Shown here in pieces: positions 1 to 9,998 of a stretch of 64,000 nt of DNA. How positions within the stretch are numbered: position 1 is the stretch's first letter; each line of letters starts with the position of its first letter. Source of the stretch: Campylobacterales bacterium (GTDB taxonomy: Bacteria > Campylobacterota > Campylobacteria > Campylobacterales > Sulfurimonadaceae); the NCBI GenBank assembly GCA_016938175.1, contig JAFGVE010000017.1, positions 344-64,343 on the forward strand, written 5' to 3'. The notes under the pieces were generated by a model, which worked only from the letters and a program-made list of their open reading frames with translations, had not been told where the DNA came from and did not search any database. Position numbers and translations under genes: made by a program.

Positions 1-21
1 ATGCTAGACCTCCGAAGAGTT

Positions 22-156
22 TTAGAACTCCATTAACAGATGTGGTGACCACTCTGAAATAAAAATTCCAGCATCTTCATACTCTGCCATGTGATGAGCA
101 GATACACTAGTAGCTACAGCACCAAGAATCATAAGTGTGATGAAAACTTTTTTCAT
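22..156 (-). CDS. small predicted secreted peptide (44 aa), unknown function
   Basis: Not in ORF track (shorter than 60 aa). ATG at 154-156 (complement) has AAGGAG (complement of 163-168) 6 nt upstream. Translation is MKKVFITLMILGAVATSVSAHHMAEYEDAGIFISEWSPHLLMEF, with a signal-peptide-like N-terminus. Stop at 22-24. Confidence 0.35.
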   Translation of the reverse strand: MKKVFITLMILGAVATSVSAHHMAEYEDAGIFISEWSPHLLMEF

Positions 157-387
157 TCTTTTCTCCTTTATTTGATGGAGAAAGTATAAAGTAGCTACGT
201 TAGCGAAGTATTAGCGAGAACTTTGCATAGTTTCTATATTTAACTACTTAAAAGTCACACCCTCATACCTAGTAAGTATAAAAGATATAAAAGAAGTACT
301 TCCAAAGTCTAAAGTTATCAACTGCTGTGACTAGAAACTTTTAGCAAGAGTGTGTCATAATTCCGTATTTAAAAGAAAAGAGAAATT

Positions 388-843
388 ATGCACACATATC
401 AAATAGCCTCTTCCGTTTTAGACGGATATAGAAACGAAAAACTCACTCAAGAGAGACTCGATTTTTTATTTGCTCAAGTAGATGAACAACTTGAAGAGTT
501 AGCTACAAAACCAGACTATTACGCTACGTTTTTAGAGCGTGCAAATGTCCCAGAAGGCATTGATAAAATTCTTAAATGGATACTTATTATGTCTAATGAG
601 TCTATATGTGAAGACTATATAGACGAGTACAGAAAAAACTACAGAGAGATAATTCCCGTAAGTGACCTAGGTGACCTTCTTGTATACGCTGTGCACCTCA
701 AAAAAGTTAAAAACACTCCACCTGAAGGTTTTGATTATCTTTTAGAGATAAATTCTGCAGGTGTAGAGGAAGTAGACCAGTACGCTTTTACAAATGTTCT
801 GCTTTATATTCAAAAATCTAAAGAAGTGGAGATGGAGTTTTAA
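388..843 (+). CDS. hypothetical protein (151 aa)
   Basis: Clean ORF with ATG after a purine-rich stretch. It is tightly followed by the next gene. No family recognised. Confidence 0.6.
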   Translation: MHTYQIASSVLDGYRNEKLTQERLDFLFAQVDEQLEELATKPDYYATFLERANVPEGIDKILKWILIMSNESICEDYIDEYRKNYREIIPVSDLGDLLVYAVHLKKVKNTPPEGFDYLLEINSAGVEEVDQYAFTNVLLYIQKSKEVEMEF

Positions 844-858
844 TGCTACAATAGCATC

Positions 859-2514
859 ATGCTAGAAATTTTTTCAATACTCTTAACACTTATTCTTATT
901 TCAAAATACATAGAAGATAGGACAAAAGTCTCTTTTGTTCTCATCATCATTGTCTTAGCGTATGTAAGTAGTTCATTTTTCAATCTCTCTTTACTCAAAG
1001 AGAATTTTCACTCTATTATCTACTTGATGCTTCCTATCATTCTTATTCCCGATGTTTTAGGTCTTTCGTCAAATGAGTTAAAAGAAAATAAATCAAGTAT
1101 ATTTTTTCTCTCGGTTATAGCAGTATTTGCTTCCATAGCCTTAGCTGTTGGAATAAGCTATTTTTCAAACTATTTTGAAACGCTCTCTTTAGCCTATCTA
1201 CTTCTTCTTTTTACGCCCCTTATGGCGACAGACGTTGTCTCTGTAGGTGCTATATTTACAAAATTCAATCTCCCTTCACACTTAAAACTTTATGCAGAGG
1301 GAGAGAGTCTCTTTAATGACATTACCGCTATGGTACTCTTCTTTTTTATCGCTCTGCCACTAGCTCATGGAGATGATATACTCATTTCATCTTTAATGAC
1401 ACTCACTCTGAGCACTGTTTTTTTCTCACTTGTTTTGGGTCTTGGATTTGGTTTTTTAGGCTACTTTACGTTTAATAATTCAAGAGATAATTTAGAAGAG
1501 TTCATTACAGTCTATTTAATGGCTTCTTTCTCTTTTTTACTTGCTGAACATTTTAAGCTTTCGGGAATTCTTTCAGTTATAGTCTCCGTCATTGCATTTA
1601 AGTACTTTTTTAACCAGGCAGGACACTATAAAAAAAGAAATATTTTTGCCGCCTATCTCCACCTTAACAAAAAAAGCAACGCTACTCTCTCGTTAAGAGC
1701 CTATATAAAAGAGTCTCACTATCTCGGTTTTTTTGCCAATGCAGTCATCTTTACCTCTATAGCAACTGTTATAGACTTAGAACTGCTTTTTCGCTACAAA
1801 TACGAAATACTTTATGTTTTTGTACTGACAACAGCCATTCGTTATCTTATGATGTTTCTTTTTATCAACTACAAAAAACATCCTTTACACTGGACAAATA
1901 TACTAACCCTCTCTGGTATGAAAGGAGGTTTGGCACTTATTATGGTTATCTCCCTTGGCGATGATTTTCTCTACAAAGAGATGTTTGTTACAACGACACT
2001 TGGCGTTGTCATACTCTCAATTTTTGTCAATACCTTCTTTCTTATGCTCTACCTCCATTTTAACAAAGAGCACCTTCTTTTAGATAAAGCGGATGAGCAT
2101 CATATTGCTATAAGTGATGTTAAAGAGATATTTCAAAAAGAGCCACTTACAAAAGCGTATAACGAAATCATCTTTGAAGATTTGATAGAGAATGAGATAG
2201 AACGTGCAAGCAGATATAATCAACAGTTTGTTATTGTAGCATTTCATGCCACTAGTACAACAGCCCATGCAGTTGGTTCTTCTATGGTTAGAAAGGGTGA
2301 CTATTTTGGTAAATTAGATGCCTATACATACGCTATTTTAATGCCTCATACATCTCTAGAGGACATTTTAGGATTTTCCCAAAGATTGGAGTTAGCAACA
2401 AACAACGCCAGTTTATCTATCGCCCAATATATGCCAAACGATACAAAAGAGCTCATTTACGAAAAACTCTTCAGCGGCTTTGCACACAAAAACAAAATCG
2501 CTATAGAGATATAA
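859..2514 (+). CDS. CPA1-type cation/proton antiporter fused to a degenerate GGDEF-like C-terminal domain
   Basis: Polytopic N-terminal ~400 aa has NhaP-like motifs ATDVVSVGAIF and EGESLFNDITAMVLF. The C-terminus (EPLTKAYNEIIFEDLIENEIERASRYNQQFVIVAF ... RKGDYFGKLDAYTYAILMP) follows the GGDEF-domain pattern, but GGDEF is replaced by DAYTY. Confidence 0.75.
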   Translation: MLEIFSILLTLILISKYIEDRTKVSFVLIIIVLAYVSSSFFNLSLLKENFHSIIYLMLPIILIPDVLGLSSNELKENKSSIFFLSVIAVFASIALAVGISYFSNYFETLSLAYLLLLFTPLMATDVVSVGAIFTKFNLPSHLKLYAEGESLFNDITAMVLFFFIALPLAHGDDILISSLMTLTLSTVFFSLVLGLGFGFLGYFTFNNSRDNLEEFITVYLMASFSFLLAEHFKLSGILSVIVSVIAFKYFFNQAGHYKKRNIFAAYLHLNKKSNATLSLRAYIKESHYLGFFANAVIFTSIATVIDLELLFRYKYEILYVFVLTTAIRYLMMFLFINYKKHPLHWTNILTLSGMKGGLALIMVISLGDDFLYKEMFVTTTLGVVILSIFVNTFFLMLYLHFNKEHLLLDKADEHHIAISDVKEIFQKEPLTKAYNEIIFEDLIENEIERASRYNQQFVIVAFHATSTTAHAVGSSMVRKGDYFGKLDAYTYAILMPHTSLEDILGFSQRLELATNNASLSIAQYMPNDTKELIYEKLFSGFAHKNKIAIEI

Positions 2515-2567
2515 GCATTGCTTTGCTACTATTTTGCTTTTAAAATACTCTAAGCGAGCAAAAAACC

Positions 2568-4523
2568 ATGGCACTCATCGACCTGCAAAATATCTCTAAA
2601 CACTACTCTGCACAACAGATACTCACTGAGATTAATTTTCATGTAGATGAGGGTGAACGCATAGTTATCATTGGTAAAAACGGGAGTGGAAAGTCTACTC
2701 TTATGAAAATTGTCAATGGAACCCTAGAGCATGATGGCGGTCGTCGTATAACGCAAAACGACCTAGAAATAAAAATGCTTGACCAACGTCCACAATTTGT
2801 AGATGGACACAATGTACGTCAAGCGGTTGAACATGGACTCAAAGAGTTAAACGCCGCAAAAGAGCGTTACAATGAGCTCTCTTTACTCTTAGCAGAAGAC
2901 TTTGAAAACAAATTACTACTTGATGAACACGAAAAACTCTCACGTTATATAGAACATCACAATGCTTGGAATTTAGATGATAAGATAGAACGTATAATCC
3001 AACACTTTGATTTAAAACGCTATGAAGACAAACCTATTGCACTCTTAAGTGGTGGAGAACAGCGTCGTGTTGCCCTAGCCTCCCTTCTTCTTCAAAAACC
3101 AGATGTTTTACTTCTTGATGAACCTACAAACCACCTTGACGTTTATATGGTTGAGTTCTTAGAAGAGTTGCTGTTAAAAGAGAAGTTTACTCTTGTTTTT
3201 ATCTCGCATGACAGATATTTTATAGATAGAGTTGCGACAAAATCTATAGAGGTTGAAGACTGTGCTCTACGTGAATATAGCGGTGGATATTCAAACTACC
3301 TTACACAAAAAGAGGAGTATCTCAGAACGCTACAAAAACAGCATGAAAATCTTCTGAGTGTACTCAAAAGAGAAAATGAGTGGTTTGCAAGAGGCGTACG
3401 TGCAAGACTCAAAAGAAATGAGGGAAGAAAAGAGCGTCTTATGCAACTTCGTGAAGATGCAAAAACAAACCCTGCAAAAATTCGTAAAATGTCGGTAGAG
3501 TTACAGCGTGAAGCGAAACACTTTAACCGTGACAAAAGTATTAACAAACAAAAAATGCTCTTTGAAATTGAAAACCTCAGTTTAAAACTTGGTGAGAAAG
3601 AGCTTCTAAAAAACTTTACAACACGTATACTTCAAAAAGATGTTATCGCTATAGTCGGACCAAACGGAAGCGGAAAATCTACTCTACTAAAGACTCTTTT
3701 AGGAAGAATAGAACCAACCAGCGGAGTTATCAAACGTGGTGAGTTTAAAGTCGGATATTTTGACCAGCATAGAGAGATGCTCGATGATGATAAAAATCTC
3801 ATAGAGACATTTTGTCCAAATGGTGGAGACAGAGTAAATGTACGTGGAAGTGACCTGCATGTTTATGGTTATCTGAAGAACTTTCTTTTTCCTCGTGAAT
3901 TTTTAGATAAAAAAGTTGGTGTACTCAGCGGTGGAGAGAAAAACCGTGTGGCACTTGCCCTGCTCTTTACTAAGAATGTAGATATCCTCATTCTCGATGA
4001 GCCGACAAATGACCTTGATATTCCAACAATTAATATTCTAGAAGAGCAACTAACAAACTTTGCAGGAGCTGTTATTATTGTAAGTCACGATAGATATTTT
4101 GTGGATAAAATTGCCAAAAAACTCTTTATTTTTAAAACAGATAAAACCATAGAAGAGTCACATCAGCAATACAGCGAATACCTTGAACTTGAAAAAGAGT
4201 TACAAGAACTAGACAGTATGGAAAGTGAAGCAAACGCGAGCCTGCAAAAACCTAAAGAGCCTCTGGAGAGTAAAGAGAAACCAAAAGTACTCAAACTTAC
4301 TTACAAAGAGAAAATAGCTCTTGAAAAGCTCCCTATAGAGATAGAAGAGCTAGAGGCAAAAATTGCGGAGAAAAATGAGTGCCTTTCAAACCCAAAATGT
4401 TATGAAGAGATAGGTTTAAGTGTTCTTGCAAAAGAGTTAGCTGAGTTAGAAGCTCTATGCGAAGAGAAGATTGAAGAGTTGTTTGCTATTGAAGAAAAAG
4501 TTGAAGAGATAGAAAATAGCTAA
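2568..4523 (+). CDS. ABC-F family ATPase (Uup/YheS-like, two ABC cassettes, no membrane domain)
   Basis: Two Walker A motifs (GKNGSGKST, GPNGSGKST), two signature motifs (LSGGEQRR, LSGGEKNR), an inter-domain linker and a charged coiled-coil C-terminus. Confidence 0.9.
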   Translation: MALIDLQNISKHYSAQQILTEINFHVDEGERIVIIGKNGSGKSTLMKIVNGTLEHDGGRRITQNDLEIKMLDQRPQFVDGHNVRQAVEHGLKELNAAKERYNELSLLLAEDFENKLLLDEHEKLSRYIEHHNAWNLDDKIERIIQHFDLKRYEDKPIALLSGGEQRRVALASLLLQKPDVLLLDEPTNHLDVYMVEFLEELLLKEKFTLVFISHDRYFIDRVATKSIEVEDCALREYSGGYSNYLTQKEEYLRTLQKQHENLLSVLKRENEWFARGVRARLKRNEGRKERLMQLREDAKTNPAKIRKMSVELQREAKHFNRDKSINKQKMLFEIENLSLKLGEKELLKNFTTRILQKDVIAIVGPNGSGKSTLLKTLLGRIEPTSGVIKRGEFKVGYFDQHREMLDDDKNLIETFCPNGGDRVNVRGSDLHVYGYLKNFLFPREFLDKKVGVLSGGEKNRVALALLFTKNVDILILDEPTNDLDIPTINILEEQLTNFAGAVIIVSHDRYFVDKIAKKLFIFKTDKTIEESHQQYSEYLELEKELQELDSMESEANASLQKPKEPLESKEKPKVLKLTYKEKIALEKLPIEIEELEAKIAEKNECLSNPKCYEEIGLSVLAKELAELEALCEEKIEELFAIEEKVEEIENS

Positions 4524-4534
4524 AAGCTATTTTC
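4512..4534. terminator. candidate bidirectional intrinsic terminator between convergent genes
   Basis: Perfect 10-bp arms GAAAATAGCT / AGCTATTTTC with a 3-nt loop. It overlaps the ABC-F stop codon and sits 8 nt from the DAHP synthase stop. A/T runs flank both sides. Confidence 0.45.
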
Positions 4535-4541
4535 CAAAGAG

Positions 4542-5891
4542 TTATTTTTGTCCCTCTTTAATAGAGTCTGCGATTAAAAAGGCAAGTTCTAAAGCTTGAT
4601 CTGCATTTAAACGTGGATCACAGTGTGTATGGTAACGAGACGATAAATCCTCTTCTGTTACAGTGAAACTTCCACCTATACACTCAGTAACATTCTTACC
4701 TGTCATCTCTAAGTGTACACCACCACCAAAAGTTCCTTCTGATTTATGCACTTGGAAAAACTCTTTCATTTCAGTAAGTACTGCATCTACAGGACGTGTT
4801 TTATAGTTGTTAGAAGATTTAATTGTATTTCCATGCATCGGGTCACATGACCATACAACTTTTTTACCTTCACGCTCAATTGCACGGATAAGTGCAGGTA
4901 AGCCATCACCAACTTTTCCTGCACCCATTCTTACGATGACGTTGAGACGACCAGCTTCATTGTTAGGGTTGAGTTTATCACAAAGTCTTACTAAGTCTTC
5001 AGGGTCCATTGACGGTCCTGCTTTAATACCAATAGGGTTATTTACACCGCTTAGGTACTCAACGTGTGCACCATCAAGCTGACGAGTTCTGTCACCTATC
5101 CAGAGCATGTGAGCAGATGTGTCGTACCAGTCACCAGTTGTTGAATCTTTTCTTGTAAATGCCTCTTCATACGGCAGTAAAAGTGCCTCGTGTGATGTAT
5201 AAAAATCTGTCTCTCTGAGTGTTCTATATGTACGTGAAGTAATTCCACACGCTTCCATAAACTTAAGTGATTTTTGAATTTCGTTTGCAAGTGTTTCAAA
5301 CTTTTGGCTTGCTCCACCTTGACTGGCAAAATCAAGTGTCCACTTGTGCACTTGATGTAAATCAGCCAAACCACCCGAAGCAAAAGCACGAAGTAAGTTT
5401 TGTGTAGCAGCCGACTGATTATACGCTTTGATCATTCTTTGTGGGTCTGGTATACGTGCTTCAGGAGTAAACTCTGAGCCATTAATGATGTCACCACGGT
5501 ACGAATCAAGTGTAACGCCACCGATGGTCTCCGTGTCACTTGAACGTGGTTTTGCAAACTGACCTGCAATACGCCCTACTTTTACAACAGGAAGTCCTCC
5601 TGCATAAGTCATCACAACTGCCATCTGCAGAAGTGCTTTAAAGCTATCACGAATATTTTGCGCCTTAAACTCAGAAAAACTCTCAGCACAGTCACCACCT
5701 TGAAGTAAGAAAGCCTCTCCATTTGCAACATTTGCAAGCTGACTTTTGAGTGAACGTGCTTCACCTGCAAAAACAAGTGGCGGATAGTTTCTTAGCTCTT
5801 CAAGAACGCTCTCTAGCGCAGCTTTGTCTGGATATGTTGGCTGTTGTAAAATAGGCTTATCTCTCCAACTAGATGGGCTCCAAATACTCAT
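4542..5891 (-). CDS. class II (plant/AroH-type) 3-deoxy-7-phosphoheptulonate (DAHP) synthase
   Basis: 449 aa. The N-terminus [24 protein letters not shown], and the C-terminal HLEMTG..VTECIGG pattern are typical of class II DAHP synthases. Confidence 0.9.
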   Translation of the reverse strand: MSIWSPSSWRDKPILQQPTYPDKAALESVLEELRNYPPLVFAGEARSLKSQLANVANGEAFLLQGGDCAESFSEFKAQNIRDSFKALLQMAVVMTYAGGLPVVKVGRIAGQFAKPRSSDTETIGGVTLDSYRGDIINGSEFTPEARIPDPQRMIKAYNQSAATQNLLRAFASGGLADLHQVHKWTLDFASQGGASQKFETLANEIQKSLKFMEACGITSRTYRTLRETDFYTSHEALLLPYEEAFTRKDSTTGDWYDTSAHMLWIGDRTRQLDGAHVEYLSGVNNPIGIKAGPSMDPEDLVRLCDKLNPNNEAGRLNVIVRMGAGKVGDGLPALIRAIEREGKKVVWSCDPMHGNTIKSSNNYKTRPVDAVLTEMKEFFQVHKSEGTFGGGVHLEMTGKNVTECIGGSFTVTEEDLSSRYHTHCDPRLNADQALELAFLIADSIKEGQK

Positions 5892-6042
5892 GTTTTAACC
5901 TTAATATTATAATTTTGAGGGATTCTAGCAAAACATACCTAAAAAAGTGATGAATAGACACACCAACTAACTAAAAAACGGCGTAAAAGCTTTATTTATG
6001 CTTATTAGAGTATAATGACGCAATATTTTATTTGGGACAACC

Positions 6043-6966
6043 ATGGAAAAGTCAGACTTAAAATCTTTAGTAACACAGATGTATGAGGATTTACTCAGCA
6101 ACATAGAAGCTTCAGATACTGTTTCACGAGAACAGGTACTTAGCTTTTTAAAAGATGCGTCACGCGCAATTAGCACAATTAGCGATGAAAGTCTTGACTC
6201 TTCCGAACACGCGAGAGAAGTTTTTAAAAACACTTACAAAGAGATAGCTAAAAAATCCATCTCCTCTTACGAGCATACAAATGGCAAATTTGAAAAGCTT
6301 TCCAAAATGCAAAAAGAGACGCTTGACGAATGTGAAAAGATCCATATTGACTACCCAAGCATCAAACAAAAATTTGATGAGATTCAAGACCATATGAGTC
6401 AAGAGGTACAAAAAGCCAACGCTCTTATTTCAAAACTTACTCGACAGGTACAAGATTTAGAAGAGAGTTCAAACCTAGACTCACTGACAAAAGTATTTAA
6501 CAGACGTGCTCTTACAACATACCTTTCAAAAGTATGTGACAGAGGTGAAATACAAGGTACCCTCTACCTGCTAATCCTCGATATTGACGACTTTAAACAG
6601 ATTAATGACTCGCACGGGCATATTGCCGGAGATAAAATTCTTATATTCATCGCAAATATTCTCCGTAAAACACTCCGTGAAGGCGATAAAATTTTCCGTT
6701 ATGGTGGTGAAGAGTTTATTATTACTCTTAACAGAATTGATGAAGCTACTTGTCTTGAAATCGGAGAAAGAATTCTCAAACTCATTAGCTCAAACCAACT
6801 TATTTACAAGGGTGCTTCACTCAACGTTACAATGAGTGTAGGTGCAACACGCTACTATGCAGGAGATGTGCCTGATAAAATTATCTCAAGAGCGGATAAG
6901 GCACTTTATAAATCTAAACATAGTGGAAAAAATCAGATGAATATGGAATTAATTGATGGAAATTAG
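6043..6966 (+). CDS. GGDEF-domain diguanylate cyclase with coiled-coil N-terminal region
   Basis: Contains LTKVFNRRAL, DIDDFKQINDSHGHIAGD, an intact RYGGEEF active site, an RxxD I-site (REGD) five residues upstream, and ADKALYKSKHSGKN. Confidence 0.85.
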   Translation: MEKSDLKSLVTQMYEDLLSNIEASDTVSREQVLSFLKDASRAISTISDESLDSSEHAREVFKNTYKEIAKKSISSYEHTNGKFEKLSKMQKETLDECEKIHIDYPSIKQKFDEIQDHMSQEVQKANALISKLTRQVQDLEESSNLDSLTKVFNRRALTTYLSKVCDRGEIQGTLYLLILDIDDFKQINDSHGHIAGDKILIFIANILRKTLREGDKIFRYGGEEFIITLNRIDEATCLEIGERILKLISSNQLIYKGASLNVTMSVGATRYYAGDVPDKIISRADKALYKSKHSGKNQMNMELIDGN

Positions 6967-7573
6967 TTATTTTGATCTTATTGTAGGCAGTATCATTTTA
7001 CTGCTTGGGCTCAAAGGGATTATAAACGGTTTTTTTAAAGAAGTTTTCGGACTTGTTGGGATTATAGGAGGTATTTTTATAGCTTCGCGCATTGGAGACA
7101 GTGTAGGTGAATATTTAAATACGCTTATTTTTAACTTCTCTTCTCCCGCAGCTGTAAGCTTCTTAGGTTTTTTAACAACATTAGCTATTTTTTGGCTACT
7201 TATGGTGTTTGTTGGTTTCCTTTTCAAAAAACTAAGTGCAATGAGTGGACTTGGTCCCGTTGATAAGCTTTTGGGCTTTGTATTTGGAGCAAGTAAATTT
7301 TTTCTTATCGCTGCTGTTATTGCACACGCAGCCTACAATATAAAAGCACTTCGTACAACTATAGACAACTCTTTACAAGGGAGTATACTTCTTCCAGTAC
7401 TTGTTGAGACAGGGAGTGTTATTATGAAAATTGACCCTGTTGAGATGAGTGAAGATTTAAATGCTACTATAGAAAAAAGTTCGGATGTAATTGAAGAGAA
7501 AACACAAGAGTTAGTTGAGGAGTCTGCAAAAGAGCAGATAGAAGAGATTAAAAACGAGTTAAAAGAGAAGTAA
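6956..7573 (+). CDS. cvpA: CvpA family membrane protein
   Basis: Four predicted TM segments and an acidic C-terminal tail. It sits directly upstream of fur as in Campylobacter. ATG at 6956 is preferred over TTG at 6953. Confidence 0.75.
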   Translation: MEISYFDLIVGSIILLLGLKGIINGFFKEVFGLVGIIGGIFIASRIGDSVGEYLNTLIFNFSSPAAVSFLGFLTTLAIFWLLMVFVGFLFKKLSAMSGLGPVDKLLGFVFGASKFFLIAAVIAHAAYNIKALRTTIDNSLQGSILLPVLVETGSVIMKIDPVEMSEDLNATIEKSSDVIEEKTQELVEESAKEQIEEIKNELKEK

Positions 7574-7575
7574 TT

Positions 7576-8052
7576 ATGGAGAACGTACACACAGATTTCA
7601 ACGATAGAACAATCGCTTATAAGCAACTACTCAGCGATTTTAAAGAGTTATTAAAAAAGAACAACCTTAAGTTTACTATTCAAAGAGAAGTAATTTTAGA
7701 GACACTTTACAACTCAGATGAACATCTCACACCTGAAGCACTTCATCACCTTATTCAAGAGAAGCATCCAGATTTAAAAACAGGGATTGCTACTGTGTAC
7801 AGAACTTTAGCGCTTCTTGAAGATTCAAACGTGGTCACTTCACTCTCATTTGGTGCACAAGGGAAAAAGTATGAACTTGGTGCAAAAGAGCACCACGACC
7901 ACCTTATTTGTACTGAATGTGGAAAGATTACGGAGTTTGTTGATGAAGAGATTGAAAAACGCCAACACGCTATAGCCGATACACTAAAATTTCAAATGAA
8001 AGACCACTCTATGCAGATTTACGGAGTCTGCTATGAGTGCCAACAAAAATAG
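7576..8052 (+). CDS. fur: Fur family transcriptional regulator
   Basis: Winged-helix N-terminus ([18 protein letters not shown]) and metal sites [13 protein letters not shown] and CYEC. The fur-lysS context matches C. jejuni. Confidence 0.75.
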   Translation: MENVHTDFNDRTIAYKQLLSDFKELLKKNNLKFTIQREVILETLYNSDEHLTPEALHHLIQEKHPDLKTGIATVYRTLALLEDSNVVTSLSFGAQGKKYELGAKEHHDHLICTECGKITEFVDEEIEKRQHAIADTLKFQMKDHSMQIYGVCYECQQK

Positions 8053-9605
8053 AGAACGACGATACTACAAAGGAAAAACGATTGATTTTTGATAATAAAT
8101 TTGTACAACAGAGAATAGAAAAAGCCAATATTTTAAAAAATGCTGGATATAACCCTTATGCAAATAACTCTAAAAGAAATACAACCATAGCAAAATACCT
8201 CAACGTAAATGCAGATGTTGCAAATACAGAGAGTAAACGTGATGAAAAACGCCACTACATTGTAAGCGGTCGTATAAAACTTCAACGTATTATGGGAAAG
8301 GCTTCATTTATAAAAATAGAAGATGAAAGCGGTATGCTACAGGTATATGTAGCTCGTGACAATCTTCCTGAGGGTTTCTATAACGATATTTTCAAAAAAA
8401 ACATTGAAGTCGGTGATATTGTAGAAGTTGGAGGATACCCTTTTGTAACAGGACAAGGAGAACTCTCTCTACACGCTGATAGTCTACAACTTTTAACAAA
8501 AGCAATCAGCCCTCTTCCGGAAAAATTTCACGGTGTTACAGATAAAGAGATACGTTATAGAAAACGTTATCTTGATCTTATCATGAACACAAAAGTGAAA
8601 AAGACGTTTCAAACACGTTCAAAAGTTATCTCTTTAACAAGACGTTTCTTTGAAGACAAAGGCTTTTTAGAAGTTGAAACTCCTATGATGCACCCTATTG
8701 CAGGCGGAGCAAACGCTAAACCATTTGTTACACACCACAACGCACTTAGTATTGACAGATATTTAAGAATTGCTCCTGAGCTTTACTTGAAACGCCTTAT
8801 TGTTGGTGGCTTTGAAGCTGTTTTTGAAATTAACCGTAACTTTAGAAACGAAGGAATGGATGCAACGCATAATCCAGAGTTTACTTCTATAGAGTTTTAT
8901 TGGGCATATAAGACATACAAAGACCTCATTAGAATTACAAAAGAGTACTTTGAGTATCTTTTTGACCATCTTAACCTCCCGACACTCCTTCCTTATGGTG
9001 ATTTAGAGGTAAACTTTGCAAATTTTCAAGAGATTCCGCTCATTGAGTCATTAACGACTATTGGTGGAGTTCCTGCAGATGTTACAGGTGATGCTACAAA
9101 AATTGTAGAGTATCTTAACGCAAAAGGTATCACTGTAAAGCCAGGGCTGAATCTTGGACAACTTCAAGGTGAGCTTTTTGATGAGTTTGTAGAAGAAAAA
9201 TTAATCGATCCTACATTTATTACAGAGTATCCTGTAGAGATTTCACCACTTGCAAGAAGAAGTGATGAAAATCCAGCTATTACAGAACGTTTTGAGCTCT
9301 TCATTGCAGGGCGTGAAATAGCAAATGCATTTAGTGAGCTAAATGACCCAGTTGATCAACTTTCACGTTTTGAAGCACAGATGGCTGCAAAAGATAGTGG
9401 TGACGATGAAGCTCATGAGATGGATAGTGACTTCGTTGAAGCGCTAAGTTACGGTATGGCACCTACTGCTGGACAAGGTATAGGTATAGACAGACTCGTT
9501 ATGCTACTTACAAATGAGCATAGTATTCGTGATGTACTACTCTTTCCTGCAATGAAACCAATCAGTGCAGAAGAATCAGTTCTTCAAAACACAGACGAAG
9601 AGTAA
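8037..9605 (+). CDS. lysS: lysine--tRNA ligase (class II)
   Basis: OB-fold N-terminus and class II motifs ([36 protein letters not shown]). The start is uncertain: GTG 8037 overlaps the fur stop, and TTG 8082 has AAGGA upstream. Confidence 0.95.
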   Translation: MPTKIENDDTTKEKRLIFDNKFVQQRIEKANILKNAGYNPYANNSKRNTTIAKYLNVNADVANTESKRDEKRHYIVSGRIKLQRIMGKASFIKIEDESGMLQVYVARDNLPEGFYNDIFKKNIEVGDIVEVGGYPFVTGQGELSLHADSLQLLTKAISPLPEKFHGVTDKEIRYRKRYLDLIMNTKVKKTFQTRSKVISLTRRFFEDKGFLEVETPMMHPIAGGANAKPFVTHHNALSIDRYLRIAPELYLKRLIVGGFEAVFEINRNFRNEGMDATHNPEFTSIEFYWAYKTYKDLIRITKEYFEYLFDHLNLPTLLPYGDLEVNFANFQEIPLIESLTTIGGVPADVTGDATKIVEYLNAKGITVKPGLNLGQLQGELFDEFVEEKLIDPTFITEYPVEISPLARRSDENPAITERFELFIAGREIANAFSELNDPVDQLSRFEAQMAAKDSGDDEAHEMDSDFVEALSYGMAPTAGQGIGIDRLVMLLTNEHSIRDVLLFPAMKPISAEESVLQNTDEE

Positions 9606-9659
9606 AATGAAACCACCACGCGGCTTTGCAAAAAACTACTTTACATTTGCAGCTGTCTT

Positions 9660-9900
9660 AGCACACAGTGTAATTCCTACTCTGCATAGCCGTGCAATAT
9701 CTAGCTCTCTTTTACTAACAAAAACCTCTTTTTTAGAAGATGCAACAGAAGAAGAACCACCCCAAGAGGAACTTCTTCTTACCCCTTGTGAACTCAATGC
9801 AAAGCCTTGCTTGTGCAATGTTTTTTATAAACTTAAAACAAAAATAGCTCTTCTTATCAACCACTATATCCCGAGATGTCCCTATTACACTGTCTGTTTT
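9660..9900 (+). promoter_or_regulatory. structured 5' leader of metE; candidate riboswitch (cobalamin class suspected, unproven)
   Basis: The 393-nt gap before metE is far longer than other gaps here. A 10-bp long-range helix pairs ACAGTGTAAT (9665-9674) with ATTACACTGT (9884-9893). An internal 8-bp hairpin pairs 9747-9754 with 9772-9779. Loose matches to cobalamin-element blocks occur in the expected order: AGAGGAA, GTGAACTC at 9788, GCAAAGCC..GC..GTGCAA, CCACTA, GAGATGTCCC. Confidence 0.3.
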
Positions 9901-9998
9901 GCATTTCGTAGATCTGGCGTACATCCACCTCTTTAACTCTCTTACTATTTACAACTAACGCAAAAACAAAAACAATTTAAATATACAAGGATATACCC

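Noticed and set aside
9640-9692. Minus-strand similarity to the cobalamin riboswitch core (AGTAGGAATTACACTGTGTGCTAAGACAGCTGCAAATGTAAAG versus GGGAA..GGTG..AATCC..GC.G.CCCGC.ACTGTAA)
   Set aside because: On that strand the element would point into the 3' end of lysS, with no gene to regulate. The remaining conserved blocks would have to lie inside lysS coding sequence. Probably chance resemblance.
9565-9936. 123-aa plus-strand ORF and two minus-strand ORFs (9636-9818, 9733-9924) in the lysS-metE gap
   Set aside because: The translations are low-complexity with no recognisable fold or start context. The three ORFs overlap each other in a region that shows RNA-like helices. I treated the region as a non-coding leader.
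9606-9998. RNase P RNA, tmRNA or SRP RNA hidden in the long gap
   Set aside because: The universal motifs are absent on both strands: GAGGAAAGTCCGGGC and ACAGAACCCGGCTTA for RNase P, the GGGGC 5' end and TCCACCA 3' end for tmRNA, and GGAAGCAGCC for SRP.
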